Assembly (NCBI GenBank): GCA_022844165.1
Contig: JALHMH010000016.1
Span: forward strand, 1 to 64,000
Direction: 5' to 3'
DNA from: Lysobacterales bacterium
Lineage (GTDB): Bacteria; Pseudomonadota; Gammaproteobacteria; Xanthomonadales; SZUA-5
Length of the DNA stretch: 64,000 nucleotides
In this document: positions 18,496 through 28,262 of the stretch, piece after piece
Numbering within the stretch: position 1 is the first letter of the stretch
Layout: every line of letters starts with the position of its first letter
The notes under the pieces: generated by a model
Database searches by the model: none
The model's input: only the letters and a program-made list of their open reading frames with translations
What the model was told of the DNA's origin: nothing
Made by a program: the position numbers and the translations under genes

Positions 18496-18704
18496 CCAGG
18501 AGCGGAAACGGGGCTCGAGTTGCGCTCGTTGCTGCGGAAAGTGATCGTCGCCACAGCATCTATTGGTGAATGCAAACTCCCGTGTCCGCTGCCCCGTCTC
18601 GCGTTTCTGCAACCAAAAATGGCCCTTTTGCGTTCGAAACTGCGTACCGTGACGTTTACAACGGTTAGACTTTTCCGTCACCCAAACCAATTTGGAGATC
18701 CCTG

Positions 18705-19427
18705 ATGCGCGTGATGAACCTACTGGCAGCTTCTGTACTCGCGGTCGTGGCCTTTGCACCGCAGGCCGCGCTGGCCCGCGGCGACAAACCCACAGTCGCG
18801 GTGACCGAATTCGACAACCAATCTGGCGCCGGCTGGTGGCGCGGCGGTGTGGGCTGGGAACTGGCAGGCATGTTGAGCAACGAACTGAGCGCAACCGGTG
18901 CCTTTAAAGTGCTGGAGCGCGAACAGATCCGCGCCGTGCTCGATGAGCAGAACCTGGCAGCATCAGGCCGCGTCGCAGCGGGTACGGGCGCCAAAATCGG
19001 CCAACTGACCGGCGCCCAGTTTCTGGTCACCGGCACTGTCACGGCCTATGAGGAAGAAACCGCAAGCACAGGCGGCGGCATTAGCTTTGGCGGCGTCTCG
19101 CTCGGTGGCAGCAGCGAAAAAGCTTATCTGGCGGTCGACCTGCGCGTAATCAATGCAACCACTGGCGAAGTCGACTTTTCACGCACGATTGAGGGCACCA
19201 GCAAAGGTGGCGGCATGAGCGTCGGCCTGTATCGTGGTGGCTTCGGCGGAACGCTGGAAAGTCAGAACAAAACGCCTGCCGGCAAAGCCATCCGCGCCGC
19301 ACTGGTTGAAATCACTGACTACCTTGAGTGCGTGATGGTGAAGCAAACGGATCGTTGCATGCGCGAATACGAGGCCAAAGAGGACGCACGACGCGAACGT
19401 ACGCGCGGTGCGCTGGATCTGGAATGA
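18705..19427 (+). CDS. CsgG/HfaB-family periplasmic protein
   Basis: Signal peptide; VAVTEFDN; FKVLEREQI.AVLDEQ; GAQFLVTGTVTAYE; VDLRVINATTGEV. Confidence 0.85.
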   Translation: MRVMNLLAASVLAVVAFAPQAALARGDKPTVAVTEFDNQSGAGWWRGGVGWELAGMLSNELSATGAFKVLEREQIRAVLDEQNLAASGRVAAGTGAKIGQLTGAQFLVTGTVTAYEEETASTGGGISFGGVSLGGSSEKAYLAVDLRVINATTGEVDFSRTIEGTSKGGGMSVGLYRGGFGGTLESQNKTPAGKAIRAALVEITDYLECVMVKQTDRCMREYEAKEDARRERTRGALDLE

Positions 19428-19460
19428 GCTGAACGCATCGCGTTTCACCAATAAACAACT

Positions 19461-19480
19461 GAGCCCGCGAAAGCGGGCTC
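19461..19480. terminator. Hairpin between convergent genes
   Basis: GAGCCCGC-GAAA-GCGGGCTC. Confidence 0.6.
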
Positions 19481-19532
19481 CGTTGTTTGCGGCGTGCTAT
19501 GGCCTGGCGGCAGCCAGCGCCCAGTCCTTAGA

Positions 19533-19976
19533 CTACATCCGGCCCTTCTTCAATTCGCGGTCAATCTCGTACTGCGTGCTGGTCATGTAGGCCTCCATGG
19601 CCCGCAGCCGATCTTCCATTTCGCGCAATCGAAATGCCAACTCTTCTCGTGATGCCATTGGCGTCGGTGGTGGCGCATGCGGTGGCGATGCCGTCCAACG
19701 CTCGGCGCTCATCCAGCGCATCGACCGGGCGGGAATGAACAGCGCCATCACCACGTAACCCAATACCACCAATGGAACCAATGGCGTCAGGCATGCGGCG
19801 ATGCCCACGAGCCGCAAGGCGGTCAGGTTCCAACCAAAGTGCACCGACAGACCGGCCATCACGCCAGCCAACCAGCGGTTATCTACATCGCGGTAGAGCT
19901 TTCGCGGCTCATACCGTGCGTCCATCGCACTCATTGCTGCGGCTCCGTGATCGTAGCGATAAGAGTATGCGTTCAT
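19533..19976 (-). CDS. pspC: Phage shock protein C
   Basis: KLYRD..NRWLAGV.AG; one TM; RLRAMEAYMTS..YEIDREL. Confidence 0.9.
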   Translation of the reverse strand: MNAYSYRYDHGAAAMSAMDARYEPRKLYRDVDNRWLAGVMAGLSVHFGWNLTALRLVGIAACLTPLVPLVVLGYVVMALFIPARSMRWMSAERWTASPPHAPPPTPMASREELAFRLREMEDRLRAMEAYMTSTQYEIDRELKKGRM

Positions 19977-20203
19977 GTGCGTCCTCGCCAAGTCGGATGA
20001 TCGGCGTCGAGAATTCTCTCCAAGGTGCGAATCCGTTCTTCCATGCGCCGCGCTGTCGACCACAGATCGCCCTGATCGATCTCAGGCGGCGTCGGAGGAG
20101 GTGCCGGCGTGCGTTTGCTGCGGTAGTGCAGCACCAGCCAGATCGGCATCACCACCACAAGGAACAGAATCAGCGGAACTTCCAGTACCGCCCACATGGC
20201 CAC
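19973..20203 (-). CDS. pspB: Phage shock protein B
   Basis: PLILFLVVVMPIWLVLHYRSK...RIRTLERILDADHPTWR. Confidence 0.92.
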   Translation of the reverse strand: MAMWAVLEVPLILFLVVVMPIWLVLHYRSKRTPAPPPTPPEIDQGDLWSTARRMEERIRTLERILDADHPTWRGRT

Positions 20204-20875
20204 TTACCCCTTCTGTTGTTGCTGTACGCGCGCCTTCAGCGCCTCTAACTCGCCTTTGATCCGATCCTGCGCCTCCAGTTCAGCGAAGGCCTGATTCAAA
20301 CTCTTGGCCCGACCCAGGTCTAAAGCTTCCGCTTGCGCTTCCACCGCGTCAATGCGCCGTTCGGCATAGTCGAATCGATTCAACATGTCGTCGATTTTCG
20401 CCGAGTGAATCTGCGTGCGCGCTTTGAGCGACGTATGCGCGTTCTGAGCGCGCATGACGATCGTCCGCTGACGCGCCTTTGCGTCCTGCAGCTTCGCCTG
20501 CAGCTTTGCGATATCGTCGTTGAGCTTTGCCAGGTTTTCGCCGAGCAACTCCAGATCACGCGCAACCGCTTTGTGCTGGTCGGCGAGATTGGCTTTGTGC
20601 GTCAGCGCTGCGGCAGCCAGATCGTCGCGATCCTTGCGCAGCGCCAATTCGGCCTTTTGCTCCCATTCCTGCTGCTCAAGCCCAAGCAGACCCAACTGCC
20701 GTTCGCGGTCCTTACGTTCGGCGATGACCTTGGCGGCGGCCGATCTGACCTCGACCAACGTATCTTCCATTTCCTGGATCATCAACCGCACAATTTTCTC
20801 CGGATCCTCCGCTTTGTCCAAAAGCGAGTTCAGGTTGGCGTTGACGATGTCGGACAAGCGGGAAAAAACACCCAT
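20204..20875 (-). CDS. pspA: Phage shock protein A
   Basis: MGVFSRLSDIVNANLNSLLDKAEDPEKIVRLMIQEMEDTLVEVRS. Confidence 0.96.
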   Translation of the reverse strand: MGVFSRLSDIVNANLNSLLDKAEDPEKIVRLMIQEMEDTLVEVRSAAAKVIAERKDRERQLGLLGLEQQEWEQKAELALRKDRDDLAAAALTHKANLADQHKAVARDLELLGENLAKLNDDIAKLQAKLQDAKARQRTIVMRAQNAHTSLKARTQIHSAKIDDMLNRFDYAERRIDAVEAQAEALDLGRAKSLNQAFAELEAQDRIKGELEALKARVQQQQKG

Positions 20876-20920
20876 TGCGTTACTCCTGTCTGAAGACCCT
20901 CATCGGGTACGAGAACCGCA

Positions 20921-20936
20921 TTCAATTGCCGTGCCA
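20921..20936 (-). promoter_or_regulatory. Sigma54 -24/-12 promoter of pspA
   Basis: TGGCAC-GGCAA-TTGAA on the minus strand. Confidence 0.7.
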
Positions 20937-21000
20937 TTACATAAAGCACCCTATAATCAAACACATAACAGCGGAAAGTGGTCGCCTGCCCAGGCGTTGG

Positions 21001-21016
21001 TAGCGAATTGCACTAA
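21001..21016. promoter_or_regulatory. Putative PspF upstream activating sequence
   Basis: TTAGTGCAATTCGCTA (minus strand) ~65 bp upstream of the sigma54 site; resembles enterobacterial psp UAS from memory. Confidence 0.5.
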
Positions 21017-21160
21017 ACTTGTGCTGAACTCGCCAGACGCCTGGGTATCGGGTGAGTGACCGATCAATTTCGATTCGCCTATGATCCGCGGCGCTCGTGT
21101 TGCGCTAGCGCCGCGCTTGATAATGCGGCAACGAGTTTTCTTTTCTTCCCGGAGGTTTCG

Positions 21161-21877
21161 ATGAAGTTGCACGGCTTGGCGGCCGCGGTCGCCCTGGTTT
21201 TGTCTCCGCTGGCCTTTGCGCAAACGCCGGCTGCCGCGCCTGCGGCTGCGCCCACCGCGCCCACCGCGCCTCTCGATAAGACCAAGCTGTCGTACGCCGT
21301 CGGCTATCAGTTTGGCGCTGATTTGAAAGAACGAGGCGTACAGGTCGATATCAACGGCGTCATTCGCGCACTACAGGATGGGTTCTCTGGAAAAGAGGTT
21401 GCCTATCCGCGCGAACAGTTGGCCGAACAGATGGAAATCCTCGAAAACAAGCTGCGGACCGAAGCCGAAGCGAAGTTCAAGAAGCTGTCGGCTGACAACA
21501 AGGCGGCCAGCGAAAAGTTCATGGCTGAGAATCGTGCCAAGAAGGGCATCGTCGCGCTGCCTTCCGGCATTCAGTACCGTGTGATCGAAGAGGGCAACGG
21601 CACACGTCCGACCGCGAAAAGTGAGGTGACGGTGCACTATCGCGGCTCGCTCACCAGCGGCTTTGAGTTCGATTCCTCTTTCGCGCGTGGTGTGCCGGCG
21701 AAGTTCCAGGTCGACCAGGTGCTCAAAGGCTGGCAGGAAGTATTGCCGCTGATGCGCGTCGGCGATCATTGGCAGATTTTCCTGCCTCCGGACCAAGCCT
21801 ATGGCGAACGTGGCCCACGCCCGATCGGCCCTAATCAGGCGCTCATCTTCGACATCAAGCTTGTCGAAGTGAAATGA
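21161..21877 (+). CDS. fkpA: FKBP-type peptidyl-prolyl isomerase (FkpA/Mip)
   Basis: Signal peptide; SYAVG; VTVHYRGSL..G.EFDSS; GWQEVL; AYG; LIFDIKL. Confidence 0.9.
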   Translation: MKLHGLAAAVALVLSPLAFAQTPAAAPAAAPTAPTAPLDKTKLSYAVGYQFGADLKERGVQVDINGVIRALQDGFSGKEVAYPREQLAEQMEILENKLRTEAEAKFKKLSADNKAASEKFMAENRAKKGIVALPSGIQYRVIEEGNGTRPTAKSEVTVHYRGSLTSGFEFDSSFARGVPAKFQVDQVLKGWQEVLPLMRVGDHWQIFLPPDQAYGERGPRPIGPNQALIFDIKLVEVK

Positions 21878-21983
21878 CGCTCGTTTGATAAAATTCGCGG
21901 ATATCGACAATCGCCGGCCTCAAGCCGGCGATCGTTGTTTCGGCGTTGGCGATTCCAGCGCATTGCTGGCGCCTCTGCTCAGC

Positions 21984-22625
21984 TCAGGCGCGAGGCACTG
22001 ACCAGGTCATTCGTTGATGCTGCCACGTCGTCCGGAGCCAGCCGTGTTTTGCGTATCGCCGAGCGCTGGTGATGATCGTAGCCGGTAACGATTCGAGTGC
22101 CAGACCTTGCTGGCGCCCGCGCCGCACCAGCGCCATGTCCTCGCCATAGCTTCGGCGCTCCTCGAATTGGCCTAACGCATCGAAAACAGCGCGCGGCATG
22201 ATCAATCCCTGATCGCCAAAAGGCAAAGCGAACCAGCGACAGCGCAGGCGTACGCCGAATTCGTTAATGCGCATCAGCATCGGGCCATTCTCGAAGCGAA
22301 GCTGGAAGTATCCGATGGCGGCTGGCCGCCGTGCCGCGAAGTCAAGTGCCTGCGTCAGTACTGACAAATCGACCCGCGAATCGGCGTGCAGGAACCACAG
22401 TGTTGCGCCAGCGGTCGCTCGGGCGCCCAGGTTCTGCTGCCGTGCACGGCCCGGCCGACCGTCGATCCAGCGCCGTCTTTTGGGCCGGGCCTGAACATCG
22501 CCACGCGCAAACACCAGCAGCACATCCAGATCGGGCGCCAGCGCATCCAGTGCGTTTAAGAGCCCAGGCCACGCCCGATCGCCTGGGCCGACAGGAATCA
22601 CGACCGAGAGATCGGCAGCGCTCAC
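21984..22625 (-). CDS. Family 2 glycosyltransferase (TIGR04283-like)
   Basis: LSVVIP; [10 protein letters not shown]; FLHADS; PFGDQGL; ED; TSARRY. Confidence 0.85.
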   Translation of the reverse strand: MSAADLSVVIPVGPGDRAWPGLLNALDALAPDLDVLLVFARGDVQARPKRRRWIDGRPGRARQQNLGARATAGATLWFLHADSRVDLSVLTQALDFAARRPAAIGYFQLRFENGPMLMRINEFGVRLRCRWFALPFGDQGLIMPRAVFDALGQFEERRSYGEDMALVRRGRQQGLALESLPATIITSARRYAKHGWLRTTWQHQRMTWSVPRA

Positions 22626-22861
22626 TCCGGCCTCGCCAGCTCCTCGTCGGTTGGCAACGGCTGCCCGGTGTAAGCATGCAGAAACGCCTCGGTCAGCAGC
22701 TCGGAAATGGTGCCATGGCGCAGCTTATTGATCTGCCGCCGTGTGCGTTCGTCCGTCAGAATCTTCAGCACATGCACCGGGATGGTCACGGTGATTTTCT
22801 TCGTCGCTTCGGCGCGCCGGCCGCGATCGATATAGGGATTGACGTACTTCGCTTTGCTCAT
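22622..22861 (-). CDS. metJ: Met repressor MetJ (short form)
   Basis: [50 protein letters not shown] closely matches the MetJ core. Confidence 0.92.
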   Translation of the reverse strand: MSKAKYVNPYIDRGRRAEATKKITVTIPVHVLKILTDERTRRQINKLRHGTISELLTEAFLHAYTGQPLPTDEELARPE

Positions 22862-25005
22862 TCCTCAGCCCCCTTTTTTAGAAAATCCTCGTACTCCGGC
22901 AGCAACGGCGCAGCCGATTGATCCAAAAGCCCGTCGCTTTGCTCGCGCGCGCGAATTTGCTCTGAGCGAATGAAGTTGTACTTCTCGCTGGAAATGGCCG
23001 ACTCGGTGATGCCATCGCGTGCAATTGTCGGCTTGAGAAACACCAGCAAATTGCGGCGTTCTTTGGTGGTCTGACGGCTCTTGAACAAATTGCCGATCAG
23101 CGGGATATCGCCAAGGCCGGGTACTTTCTGTATCGACTCGCGCAACTCCTCGCTGGTCAGTCCGCCGAGCACGAGCATGCCGCGGTCAGGCACCAATACG
23201 CGCGTTTTCAGCTTTCGCGTGTTGGTGATCAAATCGACCGCGCCTTGCTGATTCGAAGGCGCCAAACTCGACACTTCAAGATCCAAATCAAGCACCACCG
23301 CATCGCCCTGATTGATATGCGGGGTCACAATGAGCTTCAGGCCCACTTCTTTGCGATCGATGGTTTGGAACGGATTGACGACGCCTGCCTGCCCGTTGTT
23401 TCCTCCAGAGACGTTGCTGGCGCCTGTCGCGGCGTACTGGCCCGTCAGAAACGGCACTTCCTGGCCGACGCTCAACTCAGCTTCTTGATGATCCAGCGTC
23501 ATCGTCGAGGGTGTCGACAGCACATTGGTGGCGGTGTCGCCGGTCAGTGCTTTGGCCAACGCGCCGATGCGTACAAACTGATCGTCCGATCCTGGCAGTT
23601 GTGCGGAACCCAGGATGTAGCCGATGTTCAGGCCGCCAGAGCCGGCCAGCAATGATGGGTTCTGCGCGATACCGAAAATGCCACCGGTGCCGCTGGTGCC
23701 TGGGAAATTCGTGCCGCCGAGAAAGCCGCGATCGGTGAACTCATCGTCCGTGGCTTGCCACTGAATGCCCAGTTCGCGCGCCGTCTGATCGTTGACTTCG
23801 GCGATGATCGCTTCGATCAGTACTTGCGCTCGACGGATATCGAGCTGCCGGACAACGTTGCGCAGCTCTTTGATCACGGCCGGCGGCGCTGTCAGCACGA
23901 GCGCGTTGGTTTCTTTGTGGGCGCGAACGAAGCTTGTGGTGCCAACGCCTTCTTTGCCAGTCGTTGCGACTTCCTTATCCAGCAAACTACTGAGCGAAGT
24001 CTCCAGAATCGGCACCAGTTCCTCGGCATCGGCGTACGCCAGATAGATCACCTGTGTCGAGTCGCCTGCGCCGAGGGGCGTGTCTAGATTGGCCACCAAC
24101 GCCTTGTAACGCAGCCGCCGTCCGCGATCGCCAGCGATCAATACCGAATTGGTGCGCTCGTCCGCTGCGATCTTGTTGCCTGCAGCGTCGTTCGCAGGTT
24201 GCAACATCGTCAGCGTGCGCACCACCTCGGCCGCGTTGGCGTGTGTCAACGGTACTATTTCGATCTCGCTTTCGCTTTGCTGATCAAGGCGACGGATGAT
24301 GCTTTCGATACGCGCCACATTGCCGGCACGATCGGTGATCACCAGTGTATTCGAGCTTTGATGCGGAATCAGCTGTGCGCCTTGCGGCATCAGCTGGCGC
24401 ATCGCTGTGGCCATGTCGGTTGGCGAAATGTGCTTAAGTTCGATGATCCGTGTGACCAGCGCATCGCTGTTTCCGGCGTCAATACCGGCATCGGTGCTGG
24501 CAGCCACTTCAGGCACAATTTTGACAATGTTCCCGGCAGATATGGCCGCGAAGCCGTTGACCCGCAGTACCGACAAGAACACGTTGTAGAGCTGATCCTG
24601 ATTCATGGGCGTCTGCGAAATCACCGTAACTTTGCCGGTCACGCGTGGATCGACGACGAAATTCTTGCCGGTCGCTTCCGACACCAGGCTGATGAAACTG
24701 GTGATCTCGGCATCTTTCAGGTTCAACACCTGCGTACCTGGCAACGGCGGAGCGGGTTCGCCTGCCGTATACAACGGCGTCGGCTGAGCTACGGTTGCGA
24801 CGAAAGCAGGATCGGATTGGGCAAGAACGGCGGTCCCGATGGACAATCCTGCGGCAAACCCGCAGCAGCGAAGAGCGCGCACCAAGCCCATTGCTCGCGA
24901 ATTGCCATGCGATGATGAAGGCTGCACCGAAGGCTCCAAATCACGGCTTCGAGTCCAAAACCTCGACTTTGGTTTTTCGTGCCCCACAGTTCCTCGTAAC
25001 TTCAT
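22858..25005 (-). CDS. gspD: Type II secretion secretin
   Basis: LNLKDAEI...[12 protein letters not shown]; [18 protein letters not shown]; VGQEVP; [14 protein letters not shown]. Start uncertain. Confidence 0.95.
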   Translation of the reverse strand: MKLRGTVGHEKPKSRFWTRSRDLEPSVQPSSSHGNSRAMGLVRALRCCGFAAGLSIGTAVLAQSDPAFVATVAQPTPLYTAGEPAPPLPGTQVLNLKDAEITSFISLVSEATGKNFVVDPRVTGKVTVISQTPMNQDQLYNVFLSVLRVNGFAAISAGNIVKIVPEVAASTDAGIDAGNSDALVTRIIELKHISPTDMATAMRQLMPQGAQLIPHQSSNTLVITDRAGNVARIESIIRRLDQQSESEIEIVPLTHANAAEVVRTLTMLQPANDAAGNKIAADERTNSVLIAGDRGRRLRYKALVANLDTPLGAGDSTQVIYLAYADAEELVPILETSLSSLLDKEVATTGKEGVGTTSFVRAHKETNALVLTAPPAVIKELRNVVRQLDIRRAQVLIEAIIAEVNDQTARELGIQWQATDDEFTDRGFLGGTNFPGTSGTGGIFGIAQNPSLLAGSGGLNIGYILGSAQLPGSDDQFVRIGALAKALTGDTATNVLSTPSTMTLDHQEAELSVGQEVPFLTGQYAATGASNVSGGNNGQAGVVNPFQTIDRKEVGLKLIVTPHINQGDAVVLDLDLEVSSLAPSNQQGAVDLITNTRKLKTRVLVPDRGMLVLGGLTSEELRESIQKVPGLGDIPLIGNLFKSRQTTKERRNLLVFLKPTIARDGITESAISSEKYNFIRSEQIRAREQSDGLLDQSAAPLLPEYEDFLKKGAEE

Positions 25006-25919
25006 GGCGACATCCTGATCGCAGGCAGAGTTTTTTCGGAATTGCCGCGCTTCACGGTCAGCGTGATTGCGCCAGCGGTTTTCAACGACTCGATCGCCGC
25101 ATAACCGGCTTCGATACTGGTCAACGGGCGACCATTGACGGCGGTGACGATATCGTCGCCCTGCAGCCCGGCCTCAGCCAGTTGCTGGCCGAATTGGTTC
25201 GAACTCAACCGCACGCCAGCGAGTTTGCCGTCGATCATCACCGGGGCGATCGAGAACGCCTTAGCCAGACTGCTGGGATCGGCGATCGCCTGTTGGCGAA
25301 CAGCTTCCCAATCAATCGGTGCCGCGGAAACCAGCGGATTGACGAAAGCGCCGGCGGGCGGAGCTGGCGCTGCCAGCCCGACGCGTCCGTCGCTGCCAAG
25401 CGCGACGCCACCAGGCGGTGGTGCGCCAGCAGCCACCGCGCCATCTTGTGCCGCACGTGTTCCATCGAGCGCTTTCAAACGCAGTACCTCGATACGACCA
25501 CTGGCATCCAGCACCACGCGATCGGGGAAAATCGCGACAATGCGCGCACCGGACAGCACATCGTCGACCTTAACCACGCTCTCCTTCTGCGCCTCGGCAA
25601 TCACCGCTCGCGCCAGGCGCAGATCGTGATGCGAACTGGTGCCGCGCAAGATCAGTTGCAGCGCTGTATCGGGTGCATTCGCATACGAACCGGCGGCGGA
25701 CGTTGCGGCGCTACCGAACAAATGGTACTGGGCCAATGAGACAGCTGGCGCCACTGGCGCCAGCGCGGGCTCAGTCTCTGGCGCCTGCACAGCCGACGGT
25801 GGCGTGAGTACGCTCCAGACGATCCCCGCCAGACTGAACACGATCCAGAGCATCGCTGCAGCCGTCAACAGGGTCGGCAAAACGCGCTTGACCTGGATTG
25901 GGAGCGCCAGTGCGCTCAC
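25002..25919 (-). CDS. gspC: Type II secretion protein C (TM, HR, PDZ)
   Basis: HLFG; APDTALQLILRG; IFPDRVVL...E.L.L; C-terminal PDZ GLQGDDIVTAVNG. Confidence 0.88.
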   Translation of the reverse strand: MSALALPIQVKRVLPTLLTAAAMLWIVFSLAGIVWSVLTPPSAVQAPETEPALAPVAPAVSLAQYHLFGSAATSAAGSYANAPDTALQLILRGTSSHHDLRLARAVIAEAQKESVVKVDDVLSGARIVAIFPDRVVLDASGRIEVLRLKALDGTRAAQDGAVAAGAPPPGGVALGSDGRVGLAAPAPPAGAFVNPLVSAAPIDWEAVRQQAIADPSSLAKAFSIAPVMIDGKLAGVRLSSNQFGQQLAEAGLQGDDIVTAVNGRPLTSIEAGYAAIESLKTAGAITLTVKRGNSEKTLPAIRMSP

Positions 25920-26047
25920 GGCGAGAACTCCAATCGGTAGCGCTCTTTGTCGTGACGCAAATAGCCCGCCAGATGCAGGCCTGAACTTATGCCATCGCGC
26001 ACGCTGACGGCGTGGCGATATCGTTCCATCGGACTACGGTCAGTCAT
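25916..26047 (-). CDS. Possible 43-aa ORF starting from the duplicated rhlB leader
   Basis: Begins MTDR like RhlB; its stop overlaps the gspC start (GTGA). Confidence 0.3.
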   Translation of the reverse strand: MTDRSPMERYRHAVSVRDGISSGLHLAGYLRHDKERYRLEFSP

Positions 26048-26135
26048 CGAATCCAATCTGCCCGATTTCTTCGGGTCTTGTATGGGGTTCATGCCTCGCA
26101 CTCCCGCACGAGGACAGCTCGAAGTGTATCGCATC
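26037..26135 (-). repeat. Diverged copy of the rhlB promoter, leader and start
   Basis: 26037-26081 matches 27670-27716; AGTGTATCGCATC at 26123-26135 and 27843-27855. Confidence 0.8.
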
Positions 26136-26354
26136 GCGTTGGCAAATGGCGGAAGCAACGTCGACTGGCTCAGGTCGGCTTCGATCGACTTGGGAATGTC
26201 GTGCGGTTTGATCACAAAACGGACCGAACGATGGGTGGCGCTTTTGAGGGTCGCGCTACAGCGCGACGCTGTGAGCTGTTCCAAGTGGGCCTGAGTTCAC
26301 CCGCAAACACTTTGCGAAAGCCTGATAGGGCTGCTGATATCGCGTCAACTATCT

Positions 26355-27680
26355 TCAACCAGCCGGCTCGATCACTTGTGGCGCAACCGCCGCTTCAGCC
26401 GCTTCCGGCTTCGGTCCGCGTCGCCGCTGCCGCGGCTTGCGCTGACCGTCGCGCGGCGGGCCCTTCTTTGAGGACGGCGGGCGGCGATTGAAAGTCAGGG
26501 GCGCCACATCCGCGAGCAGCTCGGACGTGATGGGTTCGACCGGGATACGCTGGCCGATAAACTGCTCGATATCGGGCAAACTGATCGCATAGCGCTCGCA
26601 GGCGAAACTAATGGCGTCGCCGCTGGCGCCAAAGCGTGCCGTGCGGCCGATGCGATGGACGTAGTCCTCGCTGTCTTGTGGCAGATCGAAGTTGAACACG
26701 TGGCTGACGGCGGGGATGTGCAGCCCACGCGCAGCGACGTCGGTAGCGACCAGGATCGACAGCTCGCCGTCCTGGAAACGCTTCAGCAACGTCTGGCGCT
26801 TTTGCTGCGGTACATCGCCCGACAGAATCGCGCTCGGGAAGCCATGCTTTTCCAGCCGTGAGTGCACTTGTTCGGCGGCGTTCTTGGTGTTCACGAACAC
26901 GATCGAGCGTTGCGCGTCCATGCGCGCCATCAGGCCAATCAGCAGCGGGAGTTTCTCTTCACTGGCCGGGAAATACACACGCTGCGCGACGCGCGCACCG
27001 GTGACCGAATCAGTCTCAACTTTGAGCGTCTTGGGGTTGTTCATGTGCTCGTATGCCAGCTCCAGCACACGGTGCGAGAGCGTGGCGCTGAACAGCAAAC
27101 CCTGGCGCTCGGCCGGCGGCGGCATTTTGCGCATCAAAAAACGGATGTCCTTGATAAAACCCAGATCGAACATTCGATCGGCCTCATCGAGCACAACCAC
27201 ATCAATGGCGCGCAGGCTGAATACGTGCTGCTTGAAATAATCGATCAAGCGACCGGGTGTGCCGATCAGCACATCCACGCCTTCGGCAAATTGCGCACGC
27301 TGTTTGTCGTAGTCCACGCCGCCATAGACCAGCGCCAGACGCAAGCCGGTGGCGTGGCCCAACTGCACTGCATCCTTGTGGATTTGAATCGCCAACTCCC
27401 GGGTAGGCGCCAGAATGACCGCCCGCGGGTCTTGCGTGCGTCGATCGCCGCGTGCTTGCCGCGTCAACAGCCGCTGCATGAGCGTGACGAGGAATGCCGC
27501 CGTCTTGCCGGTCCCCGTCTGTGCCTGACCGGCAACATCGTTGCCGCCCAGCGTTTCCGGGAGTGTGAGCGCTTGAATCGGGGTGAGACGCGTGAAGCCC
27601 GCTTGGTGCAGGCCCTGGCTTAAGCCTTCGTGCAAGGCGAAGCTGTCGAAATCGAGGTCCGTCAGTATCCGGTCGGTCAT
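26355..27680 (-). CDS. rhlB: DEAD-box RNA helicase RhlB
   Basis: AQTGTGKT; PTRELA; DEAD; SAT; HRIGRTAR; divergent from trxA. Confidence 0.95.
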   Translation of the reverse strand: MTDRILTDLDFDSFALHEGLSQGLHQAGFTRLTPIQALTLPETLGGNDVAGQAQTGTGKTAAFLVTLMQRLLTRQARGDRRTQDPRAVILAPTRELAIQIHKDAVQLGHATGLRLALVYGGVDYDKQRAQFAEGVDVLIGTPGRLIDYFKQHVFSLRAIDVVVLDEADRMFDLGFIKDIRFLMRKMPPPAERQGLLFSATLSHRVLELAYEHMNNPKTLKVETDSVTGARVAQRVYFPASEEKLPLLIGLMARMDAQRSIVFVNTKNAAEQVHSRLEKHGFPSAILSGDVPQQKRQTLLKRFQDGELSILVATDVAARGLHIPAVSHVFNFDLPQDSEDYVHRIGRTARFGASGDAISFACERYAISLPDIEQFIGQRIPVEPITSELLADVAPLTFNRRPPSSKKGPPRDGQRKPRQRRRGPKPEAAEAAVAPQVIEPAG

Positions 27681-27883
27681 CTAAATCCAAATCTGCCCGA
27701 TTCGCTCGGGTCTTGTGTTTGATGTTCGGCGTACGATCAGTATTGTCATCTACCATCAACGCCGGTTGAAAAGCGCGCGCGCTACCACCAAACTTCGCCG
27801 CCACGCCTTGCCACACTCCCTCTACAGAGTCCAGCGGGCGCGAGTGTATCGCATCAAGCACCCATTTTGCCGAGGAAAGCACC

Positions 27884-28210
27884 GTGAGCGAAACCATTAG
27901 TCAGCTCAGCAGCCAGGATTTTGATGCCAACGTATTACAGTCGCAAACCCCCGTGTTGGTGGATTTTTGGGCGGATTGGTGCGATCCATGCAAGCGCATG
28001 GAGCCCGTCCTGGAACAACTCGCCGAAGAAATGGCCGGCAAACTCCGGGTCGTCAAGCTCAACGTCCAGAACCACCCCAACATCGCCAATCAGTTCAAGG
28101 TTCGCGGACTACCAACGTTCATGTTGTTCAAGAACGGGCAAGTACAAGGCACGCAGATTGGTGCGATCAGCAAGACCCAGCTGACGCAGTTTGTGGCCAA
28201 GGCCATGTGA
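27884..28210 (+). CDS. trxA: Thioredoxin (WCDPC variant)
   Basis: VLVDFWADWCDPCK; 108 aa; canonical position next to rhlB. Confidence 0.9.
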   Translation: MSETISQLSSQDFDANVLQSQTPVLVDFWADWCDPCKRMEPVLEQLAEEMAGKLRVVKLNVQNHPNIANQFKVRGLPTFMLFKNGQVQGTQIGAISKTQLTQFVAKAM

Positions 28211-28262
28211 GCCGGGCGAGACCTGGCAACCGCGACGGCGAGTCGCGGCTCAGGCCGCGAGT

